Under the pieces are notes generated by a model. It was not told the DNA's origin. It did not search any database and saw only the letters and a program-made list of their open reading frames with translations. The position numbers and the translations under genes are program-made. 64,000 bases of DNA, from assembly GCA_965215005.1 (NCBI GenBank), contig CBDCCZ010000018.1:224001-288000 (forward strand), given 5' to 3'. Origin of the DNA: Kofleriaceae bacterium (lineage in GTDB: Bacteria > Myxococcota_A > Polyangia > Haliangiales > Haliangiaceae). This document shows positions 36,555 to 47,129 of the stretch, piece after piece; positions within the stretch are counted from its first letter, which is position 1, and every line of letters begins with the position of its first letter.

Positions 36555-37751
36555 TTGACCAGACTGCCAGCCGAGCTCGATCAGCGCTTCGTACAGCTCG
36601 TGAGCTCCGACCGCGTATCGCTGCCGCCCTACCCGGCTACCGCGGCTCAGCTCTCCCAGCTCGTCGCCACCGATACCTACTCGCTAGCCGACGTCACGCG
36701 TATCGTATCGGCTGATCAAGTTCTCACCGCTGCAGTGCTGCGACGAGCCAACTCCGCAGCAGCCGGCGCCGCGCAACCCACCTCGTCGATCGATCTCGCG
36801 GTTGCTCGACTGGGCGCGCGCGGGGTCTCGTCGTTGGCGATGAGCGTCGGCATCGGTGCGCAAGCCAAGAAGGATGGCCCGCTGATGGCGCTGCGGCGGC
36901 TGGTGTGGCGCCAAGCGCTGCTGGCCGCCGAGTTCTGCTCGCAGCTCGCGACCCATCGCCACTTGCCGCCCGACGAAGCGTTCGTCTGCGGCTTGCTGCA
37001 TGACTTCGGCAAGGTGATCGCCCTCGGTTGCATCGAGACCATCATCGCCAGAAATCCCGCGCCAGCGCTCGCCGCCGACAAGCTGATGGAAGTGATGGAG
37101 GCGTATCACGTCGAGCTTGGATTGGTGATGGCGGCCAAGTGGCGACTGCCGGATGAGGTCGCTCGCGTTATCACCGAGCACCACGCGCCGCCGAGCAGCA
37201 TCGCGCGCTCTGCGATGTCTGAGCTGGTGATGGCAGCCGACTTCGTCGTCGCGTTGCTCGACTCGGCCCCGCGGATCGAGGCCGCCGATTTGCGAGATAT
37301 GCCGTCGCTTCGCGATGACCGCGAGCTCGACTTCGTTACGCGCTCCGCCCTCGAGCTGCCCGCCGTGCTGAGCGAATACGATGCCGACGAGGGGCCTCTG
37401 CGACGCAAGAGCGAGCCGCAACGCGTGGAGCGCGACGCCAGCACGCTGACCACGCCACAGGTTTCGGTGTCGCTGCGAGCGGAATGCAAGAACACGGAGC
37501 TGCGTGCGACCTGTCTCGCCGCCAATGGCGTTGCCCTCAGCAGCCCGGTGCGTCTGAGCGAACAGCAGGTGCTACCGTTCTCGCTCGAGACCGAGCTCGG
37601 TCCGATCGAATTTTTCGCCACCATCACGAGATGCGTGAAAGAAAAGCGCGCTTTCCTGGTCGAGGCGCGGCCCGTGGCGCTGCCCACCCTAGCGCACGAG
37701 CGCTGGCAAGCGCTGCTCAATCGCCATCAAGCAACGCATGCCGTCGCGTAG
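36555..37751 (+). CDS. HDOD-domain signalling protein
   Basis: LPPYP, DQVLTAAVLRRANS, AFVCGLLHDFGK, KWRLP...EHH. Confidence 0.85.
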   Translation: MTRLPAELDQRFVQLVSSDRVSLPPYPATAAQLSQLVATDTYSLADVTRIVSADQVLTAAVLRRANSAAAGAAQPTSSIDLAVARLGARGVSSLAMSVGIGAQAKKDGPLMALRRLVWRQALLAAEFCSQLATHRHLPPDEAFVCGLLHDFGKVIALGCIETIIARNPAPALAADKLMEVMEAYHVELGLVMAAKWRLPDEVARVITEHHAPPSSIARSAMSELVMAADFVVALLDSAPRIEAADLRDMPSLRDDRELDFVTRSALELPAVLSEYDADEGPLRRKSEPQRVERDASTLTTPQVSVSLRAECKNTELRATCLAANGVALSSPVRLSEQQVLPFSLETELGPIEFFATITRCVKEKRAFLVEARPVALPTLAHERWQALLNRHQATHAVA

Positions 37752-37766
37752 CGCGGCGCTCGAGAC

Positions 37767-38960
37767 TCAGCCCCCGTGCTGGGTCTCGATGAACGCGGCG
37801 TGAAGGGCGCGTACGAGCGCATCGACCCGCTCTTCGGCGCAGAACAAGCTCACCCGCAGCGGCGACGTGCTCATCGCGACGATCTCGATGTCGACCGAAC
37901 GTGCGACGGCGCGCGCGCGCTCGAGCTTGTTGGGATCGCCGCCAATCCCATCGCCCACCACCGACACCGCGCCGACGCCTTCGAAGATGCTGAGCTCGAG
38001 CTCGCGCTCGAACCGCGCCCGAACGCTCGGCCAGTCGGGCACGTCCGCCAGTCCAAACCACAAATCAGCAGAGGACATGTCGGTATCGAGGTGCAGCGCC
38101 GGAACCCGCGCCGCTGACGCCGCCGCGAGCACGCGATCGACACAGCTCTCGCCTTCGGCCCGCACCCGCACAAGCTGTTTTTGCCCGGTGACGCCCACCG
38201 CGTCGACGTCGGCTCCCGCACCCGCGAGATCGATGCGCGTGCCGCCGCCCATTTGCGCCGTTGCTCGCGCGTATAGCGCGATGCCCGTGCGGCGAGCGAT
38301 CTCGACGCAGCCTGCGTGCAGGACTTTGGCGCCGTGCGCCGCGAGCTCTAGCATCTCATCGTGCGAGATCGCCTCGAGCATCTGCGCTGCGTCCACGACG
38401 CGCGGATCGGTGGTGTAGACGCCGGCGACGTCGGAGCAGATCTCGCAGTAGTCAGCCCCAAGCGCCGCGGCAAGCGCCACTGCGGTGGTGTCGGAGCCGC
38501 CGCGCCCGAGGGTGGTGACCTCGCGCTTGTACGACACGCCTTGAAAGCCCGCGACGATCACGATTCGCCCTTTTTCGAGCTCGTCTTGGACGCGAATCGG
38601 CCGCACCTCGATGATGCGGGCCCCCGAATGGCGATCGTTGGTGATGATGCCGCACTGGGAGCCGGTGAGCGAGATGGCTTCGTGGCCGAGCTCGCTCACG
38701 GCCATGCTGAGGAGCGCCATCGACATCCGCTCGCCACACGAGAGCAACATGTCGAGCTCGCGCCGCGAGGGCGCTGCGGAGACTTCGCGCGCCTTTGCCA
38801 GCAGCTCGTCGGTGGTCTTACCCATCGCAGAGACCACCACGACCACGTTCTTGCCCTCGGCCTTGGTAGCGACGATTCGCTCAGCAACCCGCTGAAGCTT
38901 ATCGGCGTCGGCCACCGACGAGCCGCCATATTTCTGCACGACGATAGGCTGCACCCGCAT
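37767..38960 (-). CDS. lysC: Aspartate kinase
   Basis: [40 protein letters not shown]-terminal ACT domain. Confidence 0.93.
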   Translation of the reverse strand: MRVQPIVVQKYGGSSVADADKLQRVAERIVATKAEGKNVVVVVSAMGKTTDELLAKAREVSAAPSRRELDMLLSCGERMSMALLSMAVSELGHEAISLTGSQCGIITNDRHSGARIIEVRPIRVQDELEKGRIVIVAGFQGVSYKREVTTLGRGGSDTTAVALAAALGADYCEICSDVAGVYTTDPRVVDAAQMLEAISHDEMLELAAHGAKVLHAGCVEIARRTGIALYARATAQMGGGTRIDLAGAGADVDAVGVTGQKQLVRVRAEGESCVDRVLAAASAARVPALHLDTDMSSADLWFGLADVPDWPSVRARFERELELSIFEGVGAVSVVGDGIGGDPNKLERARAVARSVDIEIVAMSTSPLRVSLFCAEERVDALVRALHAAFIETQHGG

Positions 38961-39082
38961 CTCCTTGCTGGTGACCAGCATATCGCAGTCGCCGCTGCGC
39001 TTCACGTCTTCGCCGTGAGCCACGTGAACACCGCCGCGCGAGTCGTGACGTGGTTGGCGGCCGCCCGGTGATGGCTACAAGC

Positions 39083-40000
39083 TCACGGCAGCTCGCTTGC
39101 CAGGCCGTCTTCGCGCCAAGTTTGCCAGTAGCGCTTGAACCGGCGCTGCAGGTGCTTGGGTCGCTCGGCATAAATCCGCGCTCCGAGGGAAAACGCCTCG
39201 CTGCGCAACACGCGCTGTCGCGCCGTAATCACGCCTGCGAGCAGCTCACGTTCGCGCTCACTGCCGAGGTCACGGCCATCGCCGTCGAGCAGCGCCCGTA
39301 GCTCGACGAGATCGTGATCGTCACCGAGGCATTCGCCCAGCGTCTTCACCTCGGCTGCCCACTTCTTCAGCGGCGCATCCCAAATATTGCGCACCAGCCG
39401 CAAGTGATAGAGATGGTACTTCACGCGCTTGCGCCACTCGTGGAACTGCTCGCCGCCCTCGTCCCGGGTGCAGCGCTCCATCGCCTCGCGGCCGCGCGCG
39501 TACGTCTTAATCAGCCCAGGTCCCACCGCGGCAAAGCGTTTTTCGGAGAGCCGCCAGGTAGCAACCCGCTCGCGGGCGAGCACGAGCGCGTCCTTGGCGA
39601 CGGACAGTTGATCGGCAGGCGATGGCCCGCCAGCAACCACCTCATCGCGGTACTCCTGCAGATCGCCTCGAAGCTCAGAGAACCCATCCCCCAGCTCGCC
39701 CGCAAACCGCGTTTCCAGCGCCGCCACCGTCTCGACGAAGGCGGCTGCATCGCGCGCGTCGCTGAGCTTACGAGCGATATCCCGCAGGCACGCGTTTTCG
39801 TGGTCGTAGCCGTCGAAGCCAGGACGCACCAGGCGAAGCAAGCCGCGCAGCTTCTTGCACCGCTTGCGCACCTGATGCACGGTTTCGTCGACGTTCAATT
39901 CTTCATCGGCTAGCTCCGCCAGCGCCTTGTCCAGCTGCTCGCAAGCAATGCGCCGCAGGCCCTCGGCGACCGACTCGTCCACTTCGAAGCGATAACTCAT
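39083..40000 (-). CDS. CHAD domain protein (polyphosphate-binding family)
   Basis: VHQVRKRCKKLR, RD, FHEWRKRVKYH, LGDDHD. Confidence 0.9.
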   Translation of the reverse strand: MSYRFEVDESVAEGLRRIACEQLDKALAELADEELNVDETVHQVRKRCKKLRGLLRLVRPGFDGYDHENACLRDIARKLSDARDAAAFVETVAALETRFAGELGDGFSELRGDLQEYRDEVVAGGPSPADQLSVAKDALVLARERVATWRLSEKRFAAVGPGLIKTYARGREAMERCTRDEGGEQFHEWRKRVKYHLYHLRLVRNIWDAPLKKWAAEVKTLGECLGDDHDLVELRALLDGDGRDLGSERERELLAGVITARQRVLRSEAFSLGARIYAERPKHLQRRFKRYWQTWREDGLASELP

Positions 40001-40047
40001 AAACTGCCTTCGTCCTTTCTCACCATGGTGGCACGCTCCTAGGCAGC

Positions 40048-41427
40048 ATGATCGATGATTCCCGAGTTCGCGAGCTCAGCGATGCACCACTAGCCGATGG
40101 CCGCTACGTGCTCTACTGGATGCAGCAATCACAGCGGGCGCGATTCAACCCCGCCCTCGAGCTCGCCGTGCGCCGCGCTCGCGACCTGGGTCTGCCCGTG
40201 CTCGTCGGCTTTGGCCTCATGGACGATTATCCCGCAGCCAACGCGCGTCATTACCTATTCCTCCTGCAGGGTCTTCGTGAGGTCGCGCGCGACCTTGCTC
40301 GCCGCGGCATCGGCTTCGTCATTCGCCGAGGCGCTCCGGCCCGCGTCGCTCTCGAGCTGGCTCGTGAAGCCGCACTCGTCATCTGCGATCGCGGGTATCA
40401 GCGGCACCAAAAAGCGTGGCGACGCGAGGTCGCGGCGGGGGCAGAGCGACAAGTCCTGGAGGTCGAAGGCGATGTCCTGGTTCCGGTGGAAATCGCCTCG
40501 CATAAAGCTGAATACGCAGCGCGCACCATCCGCGGCAAGCTGCGCGACGCCTGGGATTTTTATCTCGCCGGGCTCAGCGAGAGCAAAGTAGGCAAGAGAG
40601 CCGACTCTCTGGCGCTCCAAAGCGACCTCGACCTGCGTGATCCCGCTGCGTGCCTAAAGACCCTCTCCGTCGACCACAGTGTTCCGCCCGTATCGCGGTT
40701 CGTCGGCGGCTATTCGCAAGCACGCAATCATCTAAGGTCCTTCCTTCGCCAGCGTCTGGATGGATACGCCGAAGGCCGCAGTGAGCCTGCTGCCTATCAA
40801 GTCTCGTACATGAGTCCTTACCTGCACTTTGGGCAGATCTCTCCTGTGGAAGTCGCCCTTGCCGTCAAAGAGGCCTCTTCAGGCAGCTCCGACGATCGCG
40901 CCAGCTATCTCGAGGAGCTTCTGGTTCGCCGGGAGCTCGCCGCCAACTTCGTCATGTTCACCGACAACTACGACAGCTACGACTGCTTGCCGAGCTGGGC
41001 GCGCAAGACCTTGGCCGAGCACGCCGATGATGACCGCCCGCACCGGTATAGCCGCCGCCAGCTACAAGCTGCCGCCACTGCCGACGAGTACTGGAATGCA
41101 GCCATGCGCGAGATGACGCAGACGGGATACATGCACAACTACATGCGCATGTACTGGGGCAAAAAGATCATCGAGTGGTCGGGCACGCCGCGATATGCCT
41201 ATGCAACGGCGCTAACCTTCAACAATACGTATTTTATCGACGGCCGCGACTGCAACTCATTCGCCAATGTCGCGTGGTGCTTTGGTCTCCACGACCGAGC
41301 GTGGGCCGAACGCGACATCTTCGGCAAGATTCGCTATATGAACCACCGTGGGCTCGACCGCAAGTTCGACATGCCCGCCTACGTAGCCGCCGTCGATGCT
41401 CTGGTAGCTGCCGAAGCGCACCAGTAG
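40048..41427 (+). CDS. phrB: Deoxyribodipyrimidine photolyase (class II CPD type)
   Basis: YVLYWMQ, SPYLHFGQIS, YLEELLVRRELA, GYMHNYMRMYWGKK, DGRD, GLHDR, FGKIRYMN. Confidence 0.93.
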   Translation: MIDDSRVRELSDAPLADGRYVLYWMQQSQRARFNPALELAVRRARDLGLPVLVGFGLMDDYPAANARHYLFLLQGLREVARDLARRGIGFVIRRGAPARVALELAREAALVICDRGYQRHQKAWRREVAAGAERQVLEVEGDVLVPVEIASHKAEYAARTIRGKLRDAWDFYLAGLSESKVGKRADSLALQSDLDLRDPAACLKTLSVDHSVPPVSRFVGGYSQARNHLRSFLRQRLDGYAEGRSEPAAYQVSYMSPYLHFGQISPVEVALAVKEASSGSSDDRASYLEELLVRRELAANFVMFTDNYDSYDCLPSWARKTLAEHADDDRPHRYSRRQLQAAATADEYWNAAMREMTQTGYMHNYMRMYWGKKIIEWSGTPRYAYATALTFNNTYFIDGRDCNSFANVAWCFGLHDRAWAERDIFGKIRYMNHRGLDRKFDMPAYVAAVDALVAAEAHQ

Positions 41428-41476
41428 CGCGCAATCCCGCGTCGGAGGTAGTGTCCGATCCGGTCGTGGCGCAGCG

Positions 41477-42568
41477 CTAGCGAACCGCGAGCGTCATCCG
41501 GCCACCGATGCTGAAAGCGACGTCGCGACGCGGCGCCGCTGCAAGCCAGTCCAAAGCCGCCGCGTCGAACGCCTCGATGGGTGCCGTCCGGATGCGCAGC
41601 TCGCTGCGTCCGGCTTTGATCAGCGACACGATCGCATCGAACACTTCGGCCATGGCGTCGCGGGCATCGTCGCCCGGTTCACCAGCGGCGAGTTGCGCAG
41701 CAATGTCTTCATTGGAGAGAGTCATGAGCAAGCTGCCGATCCGAATCGCCGCTTCGTTATCGCAGATGAAGGCGCCAACCTGCTCGCCAAAACCATCGAC
41801 CACCATACACACCATGCTCATGCCGCTGTCGTCAGCGTCTGCCGCCACTACCTCCAGAGCCGCGCCCTCGACCAGCTCCTCCAGGCACGCCGCGAGCTCC
41901 TGCTGCGAGGGAAGGCGCCAGCCGCTGCGCTCGGCGGCCTCCGAGCCGCGACGTTGCGGTTCATCATCGCTCGGTGCCGAAGCCGACGCGCCCTCAACCG
42001 TCGCCGGCGGCTCGTCGGCTGCATTGGCCGGCGATTCGAGCGGCGCTCCGCCGCGTGCTGCCCCTTCCGCATTGCGCGGCGCTCCTTCCAGCACCGCAAG
42101 CCGCGCCACGAGCTGCTCATACGCATTGGTCATCGTCTCGAGCTTGCTCAGTAGCTCCGGCCCCGCCAGTCGCTCGAGCCGCGCCAGTCGACTGGTGAGC
42201 TGCTCATTCTGCCGCCGCAGCTCGGCGAGCTCGCCGCTATCGCTAGGCGCAGGCGCATTCGCCGCCGCAGGCGCTGGCAGTGACTCCTCGTCGCGCACCG
42301 CGCGCAAGCAATCACTGGCGGTCCATGAGCCATCGAAGGGCTCGTAGCTGTCTTCGCAAGCACTGCCTTCGAGAATCATCCGCGCGCCCTGCAGCAGCGC
42401 AGGGTCGCGCGACCAGCGGTCGAGATGCTCGAGAATCCGCTGCGGCCCCTCGACCTCCACGGTTCGCGGTAACAGCAGCGCCCCGGTCGCGATCAACCGC
42501 TCGACCTCGAGCACCCAGGTCTGGCCGCGCCGGTGCAGGCGCTTTGGCGTCGTAGGTAATGAGCGCAT
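41477..42568 (-). CDS. Hypothetical protein with coiled coil and C-terminal CheC/CheX-like domain
   Basis: Coiled coil ELAELRRQNEQL; C-terminal DAMAEVFDAI resembles the CheC/CheX ExxN helix; GGGGA RBS. Confidence 0.6.
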   Translation of the reverse strand: MRSLPTTPKRLHRRGQTWVLEVERLIATGALLLPRTVEVEGPQRILEHLDRWSRDPALLQGARMILEGSACEDSYEPFDGSWTASDCLRAVRDEESLPAPAAANAPAPSDSGELAELRRQNEQLTSRLARLERLAGPELLSKLETMTNAYEQLVARLAVLEGAPRNAEGAARGGAPLESPANAADEPPATVEGASASAPSDDEPQRRGSEAAERSGWRLPSQQELAACLEELVEGAALEVVAADADDSGMSMVCMVVDGFGEQVGAFICDNEAAIRIGSLLMTLSNEDIAAQLAAGEPGDDARDAMAEVFDAIVSLIKAGRSELRIRTAPIEAFDAAALDWLAAAPRRDVAFSIGGRMTLAVR

Positions 42569-42702
42569 GATTCCCCGAGCAAGCGCGCCAGCTCAGCTTG
42601 CTGCGCGCCTTCTCGACCTGATTCGACCGCCTCGCCCATGGCTTGAGGCAGGTGCACGTTACTCACTCAACCGGCATCGCTGAGGCGGCACACACCGCGG
42701 CG

Positions 42703-43425
42703 CTAGAACCGCTTGGCGTCTTCGGCCGCGTAGGCAGCGACCGCTCGATCCGCGGCGGCCGCACGCGCCAGCGCCGCGAGCACCTCGCCTACACGCGCGC
42801 CAGGAATCGCGCAGGTCATCTCAGTGGACTTCATCCCGGTGCGCACCCGGCTGAGCATGCAGCCGACGCTAATCGCCACCTGCCCGTGCTGCTTGGCCAT
42901 GGCGACGATGTGGCACTGCGGTTTGCCTTCGAACCGCACCTCGGGCAACGCATCGGAAAGCACCATCGCCTGCTTACCATTAATACGCAGGAGCACCACA
43001 TCTGGCGCCGTGGTGGCAGCGGCCAAAGGGCCATACACCACGGCCTCCGGGCGCTCCTCCACCACCGGAATCTGCGGAACCATCGCCATCGTCACCCAGC
43101 CGCTCGCGAGCAGCGCAGCGACATCGGCGTTGCCAGCAACCTCGGCCATTGTCTTGAAGCCATGGGTCATGCTGCCGACGCTGCAGTTGCCATGATCGGC
43201 CGCGACCGTCGAGAACGTGCGCTCGGTGGCTTTCATCCAAAACACGCAGCCGGCCGGTACCGCGCCGGTGCGGCCATCGGCGGTCGGTTCGGGATGCGTG
43301 CCGCCGTAAGGCGTCACTGCCGTGGGCGCACTGGCAGCAAAGGTGATGGCAATGGGGGGCGTAGCGAGCCCGAGAGCGTCGGTCAGGGCCGATGCGTTGG
43401 TGTGGTGGTTCTGCGGTTGGTTCAT
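42703..43425 (-). CDS. DUF169 family protein
   Basis: PIAITF, AGCVFW, NCSVG, VYGPL...PDVV, QCH, SVGCMLSR. Confidence 0.75.
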   Translation of the reverse strand: MNQPQNHHTNASALTDALGLATPPIAITFAASAPTAVTPYGGTHPEPTADGRTGAVPAGCVFWMKATERTFSTVAADHGNCSVGSMTHGFKTMAEVAGNADVAALLASGWVTMAMVPQIPVVEERPEAVVYGPLAAATTAPDVVLLRINGKQAMVLSDALPEVRFEGKPQCHIVAMAKQHGQVAISVGCMLSRVRTGMKSTEMTCAIPGARVGEVLAALARAAAADRAVAAYAAEDAKRF

Positions 43426-43440
43426 GGTCTCGAGCGCACG

Positions 43441-44619
43441 CTACGCCGAGGCAGGCGCGTCGCGCAAATGCCCTCGCCCCGCTTCGCCTACGAATGCATA
43501 AATCTTGCTTCCACCGTGATCGGTGAGGAAGCGGCTCGCGAGCGCGAGCCCCGTGGCGCTGGCGAGCGCGCGGTGCGGCGTCACCAGCGCCAACGTCGAT
43601 CCCTCTGCCAGCTCCGCGCAACGCTGCCCGAGACGGTGATACAGCGGCTCGAGCGGCTTTCGGCGATCTCCGACGCGGTTGCCATAGGGAGGGTTGGTGA
43701 CGACCGAGGCGCGCTCGGCGCCAAAGTTCGACGCGCCACCCACGGTAGCCGTCTCCAGCGCGAGAACGATACCGGCGCGTTCTGCGTTGCGTGCCGCCGC
43801 TTCGATAGCGCCACGGTCACGGTCGCTGCCGCGTAAATCCAGGCGCGGCGACTGCATCTGCCGCAGCGCTTCGGCACGCACTCGGCGCCAGATTTCTGGC
43901 TCGAAGCACGGTGCGGTTTCAAAGGCGAAACGTCGCGCATGCCCGGGTGGAACGCGGCGCGCCAGCAGCGCGGCTTCTATCAATATGGTTCCCGCACCGC
44001 AAAACGGATCGATCAGTGGCTCACTGCCGTTCCAACCGCTGGCAACCACCAGCGCCCGCGCCAGATCTTCGCGAAGAGGTGCCTTGGCGGTGATTTGGCG
44101 ATAGCCACGCCGATTGAGCAAAACCCCCGACACATCGATCGATAAAGTGCAGACATCACGCTCCAGGCGAGCGGCCACCGCCGGCGTGCTCGCCTCGAGC
44201 GGGTCATTGCATTCGGCGCTTTCTCCCAGCGCGCCACCGAGTCGCGTCGCGATTGCCTCGCGCACCCGCTCGGTGATCGCTCCGGTGTGATAGAGGCGTG
44301 ATTTTCGTGCGCTCGCGCGCACCGGCGCCGGCGCCCCCGGCCACAGCCAATGCTCCCACGGCACGCGCGTCGCGCGTTTCACCAGCGTCTCGAACGAAGA
44401 GACGCGAAACTGCCCAACGCGCACCAACACTTTGAGCGCCAGCCCGAGCTCGAGATTTGCTCGGTATAGAAGCGCGAGCGGACCACGCAGGGTGACTCCA
44501 CCTGGCTCCGCTCGCAGCTCGTCAGGCTCGAGCGCTGCGGCCTCCGCCGCGAGCATCGACTCGAGCCCTGGCGCACAAGCAACGAATAGCTCGAAGAGCC
44601 GGCTCGATGAATCCATCAT
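43441..44619 (-). CDS. THUMP-domain RNA methyltransferase (RlmL-like)
   Basis: CAPGLE, LNRRGYR, APLREDLA, DPFCGAGTILIEA, VTNPPYG. Confidence 0.9.
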   Translation of the reverse strand: MMDSSSRLFELFVACAPGLESMLAAEAAALEPDELRAEPGGVTLRGPLALLYRANLELGLALKVLVRVGQFRVSSFETLVKRATRVPWEHWLWPGAPAPVRASARKSRLYHTGAITERVREAIATRLGGALGESAECNDPLEASTPAVAARLERDVCTLSIDVSGVLLNRRGYRQITAKAPLREDLARALVVASGWNGSEPLIDPFCGAGTILIEAALLARRVPPGHARRFAFETAPCFEPEIWRRVRAEALRQMQSPRLDLRGSDRDRGAIEAAARNAERAGIVLALETATVGGASNFGAERASVVTNPPYGNRVGDRRKPLEPLYHRLGQRCAELAEGSTLALVTPHRALASATGLALASRFLTDHGGSKIYAFVGEAGRGHLRDAPASA

Positions 44620-44750
44620 GCCCGTACCTACACTGAGTGTTCGCGTCATGCACCGAAGTGATCTCCTTTTTGACGTCGCGGCCGATCAGCGCGCCATTCC
44701 ATCCCGCCGAATTCTGGACTTCACGAGGACGGCTCCGATAATGCGAGGAT

Positions 44751-47129
44751 ATGTCTTCAGTGCCAGCTTGGTCGGAGCGCGGAGTCGATGCGACACCAGC
44801 GCTCGCACGGCCCACGCCAAGCATCAAGCTGCTGGCCGAGCGTATCCTCGTCGACTGCGGCAGCGGTTTGGCGACTTCCTATGAAGAGGTCGAAGCGCCG
44901 GTCATCCAGCTGCGCTTTCTCTATCCGGGTGGGCTATGGGTTGCCGCTGCCGATCCTTCGGAGCGGATCTTTGGCCACGATGGCGACCGAGTGTTCGTTC
45001 ACGACCGCGATGTCGCGGCCGAAGCGCAAGCGAGGTATCTCCTCGAAAGCTTCGGTGCCGTCGAAGCAGGTTGCATCGATACCGTGGGCACGCTGCCCGA
45101 CAGCCGCGCCGACTACATCCTTCACACCAACGCGGACCTCCACGCCATCGTCTCCTTCAGCGCCTACGCGCTGCCGCAGCTCGAAGCGCTCGGATGGCAC
45201 GTGGAGATCGATACGGAGTTTCCGTGGAGCATCACCACGCACACCAGCCCGTGGTATGCGCGGGTCGCGCCGGATGGCGAAGAGGACGATTGGTTTAGCC
45301 TCGAGCTGGGAATCGAGGTCGACGGCCGGCGCATCAGCTTACTGCCGGCGCTCGTCGAGCTGCTCGATGGCAGCCCCGATCAATCGAGCCTCGCTTCCCT
45401 CACTCGCATCGCCAAGAAGTTCGTCGCGTTGCCGTTGGAAGATGGCCGCTACGTCCCGGTCCCCACCGAGCGGCTGCGATCGGTGGTCAAGGTGTTGCTC
45501 GAGCTCTATCAAGAGGGCGGCTGGACGGGTGACGGCGTTCGCTTTGCGGGCGCGGGCGCCGCAGCGCTCACAGGACTCGATGCGGCCTTCACCGATGAGG
45601 CCGATACGCTGCCGCTGCGTTGGGAAGGCGACACTGAAATCCGCGATCGAGGTCTAGCGCTGGCCGCCGGACCTGTCATCGCGCCCGTGACGCCACCGGC
45701 GCTGCTACGAGCCACGCTGCGCCCTTATCAGGAAGAGGGGCTGAGCTGGCTCCAACATCTGCGGGCGCACGATGCCGGCGGCGTTCTCGCCGACGACATG
45801 GGTCTTGGCAAGACGTTGCAGACCATCGCCCACCTCGCCGCGGAGAAAGCAGCGGGCCGCATGGATCGCCCCTCGCTGGTGATCGCGCCAACCAGCTTGG
45901 TCGGCAACTGGAAGCGCGAAATCAAAAAGTTCGCCCCGCATTTATCGGTGCTCGTTCAGTATGGACCCAAGCGCCATCGCCATTGGGGCGAGCTCGTCGA
46001 CCACGATATCGTCATCACCACGTACCCGCTGCTCGTGCGCGATCAAGAACTCTTCGCCGAGCGCGCGTTCCACTACCTCATTCTCGACGAAGCGCAGACG
46101 ATCAAAAACACGAGGAGCCTGGCACACCGCGCGGTGAAGCGAGTGCCATCGCGACACCGCTTGTGTCTCACTGGAACGCCGGTGGAGAACAACCTCGAGG
46201 AGCTCTGGGCGCTGTTCGACTTTCTCACGCCTGGCTTGCTCGGTGACGCCGAGCGCTTTCGCTCCTCGTTTCGGATCCCGATCGAACGCGACGGCAAGAC
46301 CAAGCGCCTCGAGGCGCTGCGGCAGCGGGTGGCGCCCTACATCCTGCGACGAATGAAAGACACCGTCGCCAAAGATCTGCCTCCCAAGACCGAGATTGTT
46401 CGACCCGTCGAGCTCGATGGGGCGCAGCGCGAGCTCTATGAGAGCATTCGCGTGGCTGCTCACGCCAACGTCCGGCGAACGATCCGTAAAAAAGGCATGG
46501 CCGCCTCGACCATCACCATCCTCGATGCACTGATGAAGCTGCGGCAAGTGTGCTGTGATCCGCGGCTGGTTCGCGTGCAAAGTGCCCACGAGGTCAAAGA
46601 ATCTGCCAAGTACGCGATGCTCTTCGAGCTTCTGGCAACGCAGCTCGAGCAGGGCCGCCGCGCGCTCATCTTCTCGCAGTTCACCACCATGCTCGAGCTC
46701 ATCAGCGCGGGGCTGCAGGAGCGCAGCATCCGCCACGTGTCGCTCACGGGCTCGACCCCCGATCGCCAAAAGATGTGTGACATCTTCGAATCGGGCGCGG
46801 TCGACGTGTTCTTGATCAGTCTCAAGGCGGGCGGCACGGGCCTCAATCTAACCAGCGCCGACACCGTGATTCACTACGACCCGTGGTGGAATCCCGCGGC
46901 GCAAGCGCAAGCGACGGATCGTGCGTATCGCATCGGCCAAACCAAGCCGGTCTTCGTCTACAACCTCATCGTTGCCGGCTCGGTCGAGGAACGGATGCTC
47001 CGTCTGCAGCGCAAGAAGCGCCACTTGGCCGACAGCATCTTGGGGCAAGCGAGCGAGGGCGCAACCGGAAGCTTTACCGAGGGCGAGCTCGAAGAGCTGC
47101 TGGCGCCGCTAACGGCTGATTGTGAGTGA
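44751..47129 (+). CDS. SNF2-family helicase/ATPase
   Basis: LRPYQ, LADDMGLGKT, ILDEAQ, TGTPVEN, LIFSQF, SLKAGGTGLNL, QATDRAYRIGQ. Confidence 0.95.
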   Translation: MSSVPAWSERGVDATPALARPTPSIKLLAERILVDCGSGLATSYEEVEAPVIQLRFLYPGGLWVAAADPSERIFGHDGDRVFVHDRDVAAEAQARYLLESFGAVEAGCIDTVGTLPDSRADYILHTNADLHAIVSFSAYALPQLEALGWHVEIDTEFPWSITTHTSPWYARVAPDGEEDDWFSLELGIEVDGRRISLLPALVELLDGSPDQSSLASLTRIAKKFVALPLEDGRYVPVPTERLRSVVKVLLELYQEGGWTGDGVRFAGAGAAALTGLDAAFTDEADTLPLRWEGDTEIRDRGLALAAGPVIAPVTPPALLRATLRPYQEEGLSWLQHLRAHDAGGVLADDMGLGKTLQTIAHLAAEKAAGRMDRPSLVIAPTSLVGNWKREIKKFAPHLSVLVQYGPKRHRHWGELVDHDIVITTYPLLVRDQELFAERAFHYLILDEAQTIKNTRSLAHRAVKRVPSRHRLCLTGTPVENNLEELWALFDFLTPGLLGDAERFRSSFRIPIERDGKTKRLEALRQRVAPYILRRMKDTVAKDLPPKTEIVRPVELDGAQRELYESIRVAAHANVRRTIRKKGMAASTITILDALMKLRQVCCDPRLVRVQSAHEVKESAKYAMLFELLATQLEQGRRALIFSQFTTMLELISAGLQERSIRHVSLTGSTPDRQKMCDIFESGAVDVFLISLKAGGTGLNLTSADTVIHYDPWWNPAAQAQATDRAYRIGQTKPVFVYNLIVAGSVEERMLRLQRKKRHLADSILGQASEGATGSFTEGELEELLAPLTADCE

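Noticed and set aside
40030..40045. TGGCACGCTCCTAGGC upstream of the photolyase as a sigma54 promoter
   Set aside because: GG-to-GC spacing is 11 rather than the required 10
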